Below, in pieces: positions 7,175-15,500 of a DNA stretch of 64,000 nt (positions are counted from its first letter, which is position 1; every line of letters starts with the position of its first letter). The notes under the pieces were generated by a model. That model did not search any database and was not told the DNA's origin. It saw nothing but the letters and a program-made list of their open reading frames with translations. Made by a program: the position numbers and the translations under genes. This DNA is from a virus, in the IMG/VR virus record IMGVR_UViG_3300035660_000002, positions 69,463-133,462 of that record. One strand, 5' to 3'.

Positions 7175-7575
7175 TATCCTGCCTTCCTTTCCTGCACCTT
7201 GTAGCTTCTCTTCTCTACGATCGTGCCAGGTGCGAACTTGCTCGCTGCCTCGAGCAGATACTTGACATCCTCTAATATATGATCCTCTGCGGCTTTTCTG
7301 CTCATCATCTTGTACCATCCTGCTTCCGTAAACGACTGCCGGACTACCTCTATATAGTCCTCTATCTTGATTTCCCTGTCCTCGACCTTCATGGTCGTGG
7401 TGCCTCTCTGTGTCTTGCACCCTGTCAGTGACCTCAGGCAACCGCACGGGCCGTCTATGTCACCACGATCACGATCGCATTCAAACGGAACCCTTACGAT
7501 CTCGCCTTCCTCTGTCCAGAAGAAGTCACTTTCGCGCTGCTTCTGTGTTTCCTTTGTTGCTACCAGTATTTTCAT
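7174..7575 (-). CDS. Conserved Cys-containing hypothetical protein (MKILVAT...QG/QR..D family)
   Basis: MKILVATKETQKQRESDFFWTEEGE...CDRDRGDIDGPCGCLRSLTG...RGTTT resembles a family I recall from Actinobacteria; RBS AAGGAGG. Confidence 0.6.
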   Translation of the reverse strand: MKILVATKETQKQRESDFFWTEEGEIVRVPFECDRDRGDIDGPCGCLRSLTGCKTQRGTTTMKVEDREIKIEDYIEVVRQSFTEAGWYKMMSRKAAEDHILEDVKYLLEAASKFAPGTIVEKRSYKVQERKAG

Positions 7576-7602
7576 ACGTCCTCCTTACCTTATTATACGA
7601 TG

Positions 7603-7701
7603 CTACCTGTCCTGCAGTTCCTGTGCTTCCTTCTTGCTGTCCATTCCCGGATCGGTTTCATACGACCCCGGGAACAACCATCCTAAATTCTCCTCTCCCA
7701 T
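7603..7701 (-). CDS. Possible 32-aa first gene of the early operon
   Basis: MGEENLGWLFPGSYETDPGMDSKKEAQELQDR; RBS-like AAGGGGGTG, downstream of the promoter. Confidence 0.35.
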   Translation of the reverse strand: MGEENLGWLFPGSYETDPGMDSKKEAQELQDR

Positions 7702-7749
7702 TCTTGTCACCCCCTTTCCGTTTGTTATCTTGCTTGTCATCTTGATACA

Positions 7750-7778
7750 AGTATGCCCGACAACTTTTTGAATGGCAA
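7750..7778 (-). promoter_or_regulatory. Sigma70-type promoter driving the leftward early operon
   Basis: Minus strand TTGCCA (7778-7773), 17-nt spacer, CATACT (7755-7750), in the only long gene-free gap of the region. Confidence 0.65.
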
Positions 7779-7911
7779 GGACAATCGCAACTTTCTTCAT
7801 TCTTGCAAGTGCTTGATAAGACTGCTACTTAGGGCTTTATTTCGATTTCAGGAATTTCACGGCAGGCGCTGTATGCTAAATGCAGCTCATTTGCGGTGTG
7901 TTTTTACGCAT

Positions 7912-7945
7912 AAAAAATGGGCGCAGTCTTGTCGACTACGCCCAT
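7912..7945 (-). terminator. Rho-independent terminator ending the late/structural transcript
   Basis: Minus strand ATGGGCGTAGTC-GACAA-GACTGCGCCCAT (one G-U pair) followed by TTTTT; preceded by a second long hairpin at about 7961-7999. Confidence 0.75.
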
Positions 7946-8022
7946 GTTATTTTCGGGCAGGCGCAAGTGCGGTCGTTCTGCAGAACTCCGCGCTTGTGCT
8001 TTTTTGGGAGGTGCCGCCTGCC

Positions 8023-8433
8023 CTATTTCTTTGTCTCTATGGTTGCTGTCACCTTACTTGGGAACCAGGACTTTGCCTTGAAGAATATTCCAAGCCCTGC
8101 GGCGATGATTCCCAGCACTGATCCTACAACAGCCACCGCCGTCTTTTTATCGGCATTGGCTTTCACCTTATCAAGCAGAGCGTTGTTCAACTTCTCCTCC
8201 TGCCTCACCAGTACAGTAGGAGATGTGAGCTTCATATCGTAGGGGAATGTCATCGTCATCTCTTCTTTGTCGAGCATGACTTTTATCTCTTGCCCGGCCG
8301 GTACTGTGAATATGCGCTCCTCCGGTAAAAGCACGACCTTTGTCGGCCGCACTACCCATGACGCGCAGCCGCACAGCATAAAGCATAATGCTAATGTAAA
8401 GTATAGTTTACATATTTTGCTAGAGGTCTGCAT
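8023..8433 (-). CDS. Lipoprotein with C-terminal TM helix; unimolecular spanin (u-spanin) candidate
   Basis: Signal with lipobox LCG-C(23), then A,S; C-terminal AVAVVGSVLGIIAAGLGIFF followed by basic residues. Confidence 0.6.
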   Translation of the reverse strand: MQTSSKICKLYFTLALCFMLCGCASWVVRPTKVVLLPEERIFTVPAGQEIKVMLDKEEMTMTFPYDMKLTSPTVLVRQEEKLNNALLDKVKANADKKTAVAVVGSVLGIIAAGLGIFFKAKSWFPSKVTATIETKK

Positions 8434-8638
8434 CGGTAAAATTCACCTTCTTTCTCAGTTCGTCCATTTTCTTTCGTATCTCTGCAGCCTTTGTATCCTC
8501 CCCTTTTGTAAGAGCATCCTGGTAGGCCACATTCAAAGCCCTCAATTTATCCACCAGCGCTGCCTTCTTAGAGGGCCACAGTGTATCTATGATACGAGCG
8601 ATCACTCCTATCGCTGTGCTTATGCCGGGTATTGCCAT
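8420..8638 (-). CDS. Small membrane-associated protein, holin-like
   Basis: N-terminal amphipathic/hydrophobic IPGISTAIGVIARIIDTLWP followed by a charged tail. Confidence 0.45.
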   Translation of the reverse strand: MAIPGISTAIGVIARIIDTLWPSKKAALVDKLRALNVAYQDALTKGEDTKAAEIRKKMDELRKKVNFTDADL

Positions 8639-8650
8639 AATTACCTCCCG

Positions 8651-8827
8651 CTATGTTGTGCTCTTCGTCCCTGTAAATCCCGTTAGAATTCCGCACAGCG
8701 CCGTCATGCCTGCCGAGAATGATGCGAACACAAGCGAGTATGCTGGCCACAGGCTGCCACAATAAGACAGTCCCCAGACTGCCGCACCGCTAATGCATAC
8801 CACCATTATCTTCTGCCCAGTCTTCAC
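8651..8827 (-). CDS. 58-aa two-TM membrane protein, holin candidate (not in ORF track)
   Basis: Manual translation MKTGQKIMVVCISGAAVWGLSYCGSLWPAYSLVFASFSAGMTALCGILTGFTGTKSTT; GTG start, RBS AAGGAGGTG. Confidence 0.55.
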   Translation of the reverse strand: MKTGQKIMVVCISGAAVWGLSYCGSLWPAYSLVFASFSAGMTALCGILTGFTGTKSTT

Positions 8828-8857
8828 ACTGCACCTCCTTTTAGTTAAATGCCTTTT

Positions 8858-9154
8858 TTACTTTGTGGGTGTTACGTTATCTGCTGATCGCTGTTTGACT
8901 AAGTAATAGAAGTTGAATACCAAGCTTATGATCAGCATCGAATCTTTAGGATCAAGCGTCGTTAACGCCAGTTTGACGAACAGCACAACTATCATTGCCG
9001 TTCCTATGGATCTGACGCTTCCGACCCATTCCGCTTTTGACTTGTATCCTATATGAAACATGTATACAAGAATGAACCAGAGGATATTTTGATTTATGAA
9101 CCCGAAAAAGCTACTCCAAAAATCTGCAGGTACTTGTGTCGGATTTATGATCAT
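8858..9154 (-). CDS. Three-TM membrane protein, holin candidate
   Basis: Three hydrophobic stretches in 98 aa; RBS AAGGAGG. Confidence 0.55.
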   Translation of the reverse strand: MIINPTQVPADFWSSFFGFINQNILWFILVYMFHIGYKSKAEWVGSVRSIGTAMIVVLFVKLALTTLDPKDSMLIISLVFNFYYLVKQRSADNVTPTK

Positions 9155-9163
9155 ACGTCCTCC

Positions 9164-9502
9164 TTATTTTCCACGGATAGTCAGGTACCACTTATAATTA
9201 TGCAGCACCAGCCCATATGCCAATTCAGAAGAACGAAGCAGCACTTCTGTATGAGGCTTGCTTGTGCCTATGACGTCCCATATTATTTTTGCACACAGCT
9301 CATGGCCCTCTTCTCCTGTATAGGACATCATCGCCACGGCCTCGCGCCATCCGTTCAGAAAGTAATCCGGCGCATGGTATATGTTGCCTGCCCGGGCCAT
9401 GGCCCACGAGTGCTGGTTGCAATAATAGGACACCAGCCCATTCCAAAATGGCGGGTGTTGTATGCCATGATGTCGCCTAAAATCCTCGATTACGCGTATC
9501 AT
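9164..9502 (-). CDS. Minimal CAP (SCP/PR-1) domain protein
   Basis: Pattern FRRHHGI...CNQHSWAMARAGNIYH...WREAVA...IW...SKPHTEVLL..ELAYGL...WYLT fits the CAP fold (R..HG, HS..MA, H, ENVA, S.GH..N.L). Confidence 0.6.
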   Translation of the reverse strand: MIRVIEDFRRHHGIQHPPFWNGLVSYYCNQHSWAMARAGNIYHAPDYFLNGWREAVAMMSYTGEEGHELCAKIIWDVIGTSKPHTEVLLRSSELAYGLVLHNYKWYLTIRGK

Positions 9503-9987
9503 CTAACGAATCCCCAGAACGGAACATAGATACACAAAACTTGACATATGATAAATTGCTCAAGAGGAGCGTTGCTGAATGGGTTTAGCACTCCAAGTGC
9601 CACGCTCGTAAGCCCTGTTATGACCGCCAGCGTCATCACAACCCATCCGGAGACGCTGAATCCTACAGCCCATAATCCTAGAGCACAGCATGACAGTACT
9701 CCCAACGCAAAAACTGTTCTTTTAACTACCTTCTCCATTACGCTGCTGCCGCCATACGGCAGGCTGAATCCTACAATGAGCGCTGGCCAGAAACACAGGT
9801 ACTGCACACACCAGCTATTCAGGTAAAAAGCAATCATATTAGCCGCAACAGCCAATATGAATGATGCAATAAACCTTCTCCAGAACTTGCCGAATCCTGC
9901 TGTGCCTCCCCACATATAAAGTACGGCCGCAATAAAGCTCGCTCCACCTCCTATAGCTACTATTCCCCAGTTCTCAGTTCCCCACAT
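9499..9987 (-). CDS. Multi-pass membrane protein, 162 aa
   Basis: About 5 hydrophobic segments; RBS GGGAGG. Confidence 0.7.
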   Translation of the reverse strand: MWGTENWGIVAIGGGASFIAAVLYMWGGTAGFGKFWRRFIASFILAVAANMIAFYLNSWCVQYLCFWPALIVGFSLPYGGSSVMEKVVKRTVFALGVLSCCALGLWAVGFSVSGWVVMTLAVITGLTSVALGVLNPFSNAPLEQFIICQVLCIYVPFWGFVR

Positions 9988-9996
9988 AAATCCTCC

Positions 9997-10407
9997 CTAT
10001 CTGGACGGTGCCATACGTGTCACAGAGGCCGTCCCGGCTTTAATTGTGTTGATTCTGCTCTTACTTGCTGTGATCTGCACGTTCAATGCCGCTATCTGAT
10101 TATCTGCAAAAGCTTTCTTGTCCTTAAGAATTCCGGCCTTACGATCCTGCAGAGCTTTGATCTGCTGCTCAAGCCACGCAGTCTGTTTGTCTATGGCATC
10201 TATTTGCGTGTTGGCAAAAGCGTCTTTATCTTTCTGTATCACAGTGACGCGACTCTCCTGGGCACTACTCGTGCTTTCGAGGTAGTGAAGCTTGTCCGCA
10301 TCCGTCTTTCCAGGGATCAGCCAGTTTCTCAAACTTGCCTCATCTGCATATGCCAACGATGCAACCAGAACAGCAATGCATACGCCAAAAAATATTATTT
10401 TTTTCAT
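9997..10407 (-). CDS. Secreted coiled-coil protein, 136 aa
   Basis: Signal peptide MKKIIFFGVCIAVLVASLAYA; two repeats of KDK.AFA.(T/N)QI.A; RBS AAGGAG. Confidence 0.7.
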   Translation of the reverse strand: MKKIIFFGVCIAVLVASLAYADEASLRNWLIPGKTDADKLHYLESTSSAQESRVTVIQKDKDAFANTQIDAIDKQTAWLEQQIKALQDRKAGILKDKKAFADNQIAALNVQITASKSRINTIKAGTASVTRMAPSR

Positions 10408-10423
10408 ACTGTTTCTCCTTTTG

Positions 10424-12598
10424 TTAGTCGTTTGCAAGGAACAGTGAAGCCCCAGGTCCAGAACTCAGAAACTGCCACCCACTATTATTTGATACGTTCG
10501 TACAGTTATCCTTCGCATCCCATACTGCTCCTCCCGTCGCGTTGCTGTCTCTAATATTACAATAATGGACTGTAACAGTTCCGCTTGTCTTAGAAAGTGT
10601 TGCCTGTGAGCCCGCTGTAGTTGAATTCATTGTTATTTTGTTAACTGCAGTCCCCGTAGCGGTGAATGCGGTGGTGATCGTCTGGGTTGCCCCCGAGGTA
10701 AAGTTAACTGTCTTAGGTGCATTGATAGTAAATGCCGCAAACGTATTAGCGCCTGTTGCCGCAGATGTAGATGTAAAAGAAACCGCCCCCGTTCCACCAC
10801 CAGTGATATTCAATGTGCCATAAGCCTTAGCACCACCCCTGAATGTCTTCGCAGTAGTGGTCGCATTAGTAATGTTAATTGTTGAACTCGCTCCAGAGAA
10901 TGTCGGAGTATTTCCAACGTAGTCCAAGTCCCAAACTATGCCGGTCCCGTTCAATGTCCATGTCCCCGCACCTAACGTAATCGAGCATGTTGATGCTGTA
11001 TTGTACCGAAAGTATGCAGTAGTGACATTCTTACCGTTAGCGTTAAGATTCCCCGCTGCAATACTTATCCCGGTGCTAGTCAAGTTATCCCCAAGAGTCA
11101 ATATTCCCACCGGATTCGTGATGATGATCGTTCCGACAGCCTTGCCGTTCGTAGTAAACGTGGCGTTGGCCATGGGGCAAAAATACAGACTAAACCCCGC
11201 CGGGGTGAATGTCATAGATCCGGATAATGTCAAACTCCCGTAGATAAATGGTGTTGTGGTGAATGTCCATGTGGGTGTATTAGTTACAGCCGCCCAGCTT
11301 ATGACCTTTCCTATATTCCTATAGTCTATCGTCACGACCTGCCCTACTGCTGTAAAAGAGTTTCCGTCAAATGTCACAGTATCCTGTGGTAATGGCATGC
11401 GTCCCGAAGCAGGCACCCCACCAGATCCGATCGCCCAATGATTCACGTCCGACCAACTGCCTGTTCCCTGATTGCCTCCGATTCCTGAGGGCACCCAGTA
11501 TTGTATGGCTGTTGGTGTAAAGGTGAACCCGGTATTGTTACCCATATCACCACTACCACCTGGTATCGCAGACAAATCTCTCGAGGCCGTGCCTGCTCCT
11601 GCGATACTTCGGAAATCTGCATAAGACACAACCCATGTTCCATTACACGTGATTGTTGTCTTTGAAGCCTCATTGGCAAATGAACACCAGACTTTAGCTC
11701 TTTGCGTTGTAGAAATGCCCGCAATGGTAAAATTGTTAGATACCGCCATCGCCGATGTCTGAAAGCCTAGTAGATCGTTGGCACTCGTTATATTAAATGT
11801 CAGGTTCGTAATTGTAATTCCCGTACCGCCGCCTAATGTAATTGCACCACTATTCCCAGCGAGAGTCAGGTTTCCATATGTGAGTACTGTGCTACCTAAA
11901 TACATTACTGTTGCAGTCGAACTTCCAGATGCTAATATCGTTGATGATGCCGCATTCAGCGTGAGTCCGGTCGTATTCGTACAATCCCAGACTGTCACTG
12001 CAGTTCCTCTGAGCGTGATCGTCGATGTCCCAAGATTAAAAATCCGCGTATTACCGTAATTAGAATTAAAGGTTAAAACTGAAACGTTATGATTGTTCGT
12101 AGTGAATATTCCCTGAGATATCAACAGCCTGCCAATGACATATAAATCATCCTGTAGAGCGACAGTTGCTCCTGCAGATGAAGTAATTTGCACCTGCTGT
12201 ATCTGCTTTCCTCCGGTTGTCAGATTAACGGTAGCCGTTCCTGCAGGACCAAGATATAGCAAACCCGTCCAATTATTAGTGCCAGCGAATTTAACCGCAA
12301 CCGTGGTGCCGGTTGGCGGCTGCACTAATATCCGACCAGTGCCCGATAACGTTCCTGTATACCCGGTTAAGTCGAATGACTTTAATGACGCTGTCGATGC
12401 AGGGTCTACAACGACGCTCCCCGATGTCGCTGTAGCCACCACATCGTCTCCTGCTATAGGGACCACACCACCAGCCCATGTTGTAGTAGCACTCCAGTTA
12501 CCCCCAGCATCAGAGATTGTGCGTGTTAAAGCATAGCCATTGGAGGTCATTAACAGAATAGCAAATCCGATAAGCAGTATCCTTAGTTTAGTACGCAA
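10424..12598 (-). CDS. Secreted beta-helix fibre/adhesin-like protein, about 724 aa
   Basis: TTG start behind GGAGGG gives signal MRTKLRILLIGFAILLMTSNGYA; Thr/Gly-rich beta-helix repeats; duplicated GNWS..W..G..P...D.V module; C-term YCNIRDSNATGG...NNSGWQF. Confidence 0.7.
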   Translation of the reverse strand: MRTKLRILLIGFAILLMTSNGYALTRTISDAGGNWSATTTWAGGVVPIAGDDVVATATSGSVVVDPASTASLKSFDLTGYTGTLSGTGRILVQPPTGTTVAVKFAGTNNWTGLLYLGPAGTATVNLTTGGKQIQQVQITSSAGATVALQDDLYVIGRLLISQGIFTTNNHNVSVLTFNSNYGNTRIFNLGTSTITLRGTAVTVWDCTNTTGLTLNAASSTILASGSSTATVMYLGSTVLTYGNLTLAGNSGAITLGGGTGITITNLTFNITSANDLLGFQTSAMAVSNNFTIAGISTTQRAKVWCSFANEASKTTITCNGTWVVSYADFRSIAGAGTASRDLSAIPGGSGDMGNNTGFTFTPTAIQYWVPSGIGGNQGTGSWSDVNHWAIGSGGVPASGRMPLPQDTVTFDGNSFTAVGQVVTIDYRNIGKVISWAAVTNTPTWTFTTTPFIYGSLTLSGSMTFTPAGFSLYFCPMANATFTTNGKAVGTIIITNPVGILTLGDNLTSTGISIAAGNLNANGKNVTTAYFRYNTASTCSITLGAGTWTLNGTGIVWDLDYVGNTPTFSGASSTINITNATTTAKTFRGGAKAYGTLNITGGGTGAVSFTSTSAATGANTFAAFTINAPKTVNFTSGATQTITTAFTATGTAVNKITMNSTTAGSQATLSKTSGTVTVHYCNIRDSNATGGAVWDAKDNCTNVSNNSGWQFLSSGPGASLFLAND

Positions 12599-15500
12599 GT
12601 GAGAACCCTCCATAGTACTTCGAGTTGGTACCGTCATATACAAACATGATGATATCAACTTTACCATTCGTGAGTGTTAAAGTCGGAGCTGTTCCACCAG
12701 ACCATAAGACAGTTGCAGGCCATGTGACCGTTCCAGCAGCACCAGCGGCAGGTTGCTTCAAGATCAACATATACCTACCACCATCCTTAGGATTATTGAA
12801 TGTAGGGGCAGAGTGTGCACCATTACCAAGTTGAACATAATGCACGTTACCTTCATTCCAATCAGTTGTCCATGTACTTACAGCTACAGTATCTGTCTTC
12901 TTAGGTGAAACATACTGACCTTGTACATCCAAGTTCCTTGTAAGATTCACGTCACCTGTAGATAGATCTCCTTTAACTGCTCCGCCAATGTTCAACTCGT
13001 TACTAGCAGTTGCCGAAGACGCTACTATCCCATATCCAATCAGAATGTTATTGGAACCTGTAGTAGTAGATATCCCTGCCTGTGTCCCAACCATGATATT
13101 CTGATCGCCAGTTGTAAGTACATAACCAGCTTGATAACCAATTGCTACGTTATCATCACCTACCGTATTCGAATACAGAGATACCTCACCGATAGCAATG
13201 TTCCTATTAGCTACTTTACTTGCTCTTAATGCGTATCTGCCAATTGCTACGTTGTCGGAACTCGAGACTGCAGATTCCATCGCTGAGTAACCGACTGCAA
13301 CGTTATACTGTCCGACTGTCAAATTAGTCAACGTTGCATTGCCTATGGCGATGTTCTGTGGTCCAGTCTGCAGACTGAACAGAGCTGTGTTGCCTAAGGC
13401 GAGATTGTTGCTCGCTAAGGAGTTACACGCTCCAGCATTCGTCCCTATAAGCAGGTTGTTTCTACCTGCATTATTCGCTCGGAACTCGTTAACTGTTATA
13501 CTCGTAGGATCTTTCAGTAGCATGAGAGCCGCTGATAATGTAATCTCCCTGCATGTTACATTATCTATTGAACCTACCCACGCCGCAGACGCAGAAAATT
13601 GAAGATCTACCGTGCTTATTGTTGGCCCCACAACTACTATTTGCCCGGTTATTGTTCCGTTTTCTTCTCCAAGAGTTACTGAGTCTGCCCCTCCCAATCT
13701 GGCTGTAAGCGTTCCGGGAGTGGTCGTAGTCACATCAAAAGAAATACGGTAATATGTAGACGTGGATATTGCCAGCGTTTGTGACAAACTGCTCGAGGAT
13801 CCAGCTGCGTGGTTTGCTCCGGCACCCCCAGGAATTGACCAGCCTGTTCCTTTTGTCCATCCACTGTCCGTGTCAAAAGTTCCGTTTGTGACTAAGTCAG
13901 ATCCATATGCCGCCTCGTTGCCAGATGTGGGCTGTATTGTAAGTTGGTTCGAGATCTGCTGATTGACTACATAACTGTTACTCCATCTAAAGGAGCCAGA
14001 TCCCAAAGAATATGTATTGTCTGTTTTGGGAAATGCGTCACCAGCAAAGTATGAGATTCCTGTTACGCTAATCCCACTGTGTGTGATTCTGAACCTTTCC
14101 GATGTGATATCATGATAGAGTGTGGAGAATACCATATTCGAATAATTATTCAATTGCGTATTGTCAACCATGATCGTATCGATGACTCCCATATCCACAT
14201 CGAGATGCCCTAAAAATCCTTGTGCTCTTGCGCCTATTATACGAATCCTGACACCACCGTCTGGAGCTGTTGCGCCGAGAAATGGAGTATTTACTAAAGT
14301 AAGCTCTTCATCCAAATCACTATTCCCTGAGCTAACTGCGAGATTGTTTTGAAATTCAGAAGAATCGGCTGAAAAACTCATAATTCTAGTACTTGGAACA
14401 TATGAAATTGATCCCATGTTTGTTCCGTCATCTGTAAATGCAAGCGTCGGTGGGAGTAAAGGATCTACATCTACTATAACAAAGTAATCCTTAAACACTC
14501 CTACATTGCCCCAAGTCGGGCTTGTGCTATACGGTGCTATCATCGGATATGTTTCACCGACAATAGTAGCTGTTTCCACCTTCCAATAATTATCGTCTGT
14601 TCCGAACCTAGAGTTGAGACCTGCATGGATCGATGGTGCCACATCTACTTCATTATTTACTACGTCATATGTAAACACGCCATCCGTTCCGGAAGTTCCT
14701 AGATGCAGAGACGCCCCCGACAGATAGAGATTGTTCCATCTTAACAGATCCGTACCAAGATCGTAGGTTGCGGTCGTAGTCGGATTGATACTGGCAGTTG
14801 CATCGATGATAGCGGAACTCGGAGCGAGAGTCAGGTTACATGAACCAACTGTCGTAATCTGAGGGACGTCAGCGACTGTTTTAAGACTGATATAATCACT
14901 CGTGTCGCCACTAGCATAGAATCGCACGTCTCCTGCGGTACCCGCACCTGCTCCTAATCCTGCAGTAAGAATTACATTACCGCCATTCCCTGCCACAGTA
15001 CCATTAGCTGCGGTTAAGAAGACATTCCCACCATTCCCTGATGTAGGTGATTGAGACTTCAGCCCGACCGCTTGCGAAGACACGTTGTTGTAGCTACCAA
15101 GGATTGTGAAATCTCCGATTGCTAATCCCGCACCCACGTATACACCAGTGATTGTCGTTTTAAGCCCTGCAACCGTACTCGTCCCAAGAAGACCAAACTG
15201 TGCAGTATCGGCACCAGATCCGTATATCGCTAACCCAGCGTAAACACCAGATGTATTACTCCCTGAATAGGTCGCTAACACATCTGAGTCACTATAATTC
15301 ATATATGCATATCTATTCGAGACATTCCAAAGCTGCAATTCTGGACTACCTGTTGCATCTTTGTCGAGAACTATATTACCGAAGAACCTATTCGTACCAC
15401 CTTCAGAATAGATTGAATAATTAGACGCTGCACCTGAGACACCCTTGATGTAGAGTCCATACTTATTCGTGACTACCATATTCGCTGATGCCAAATCCAC

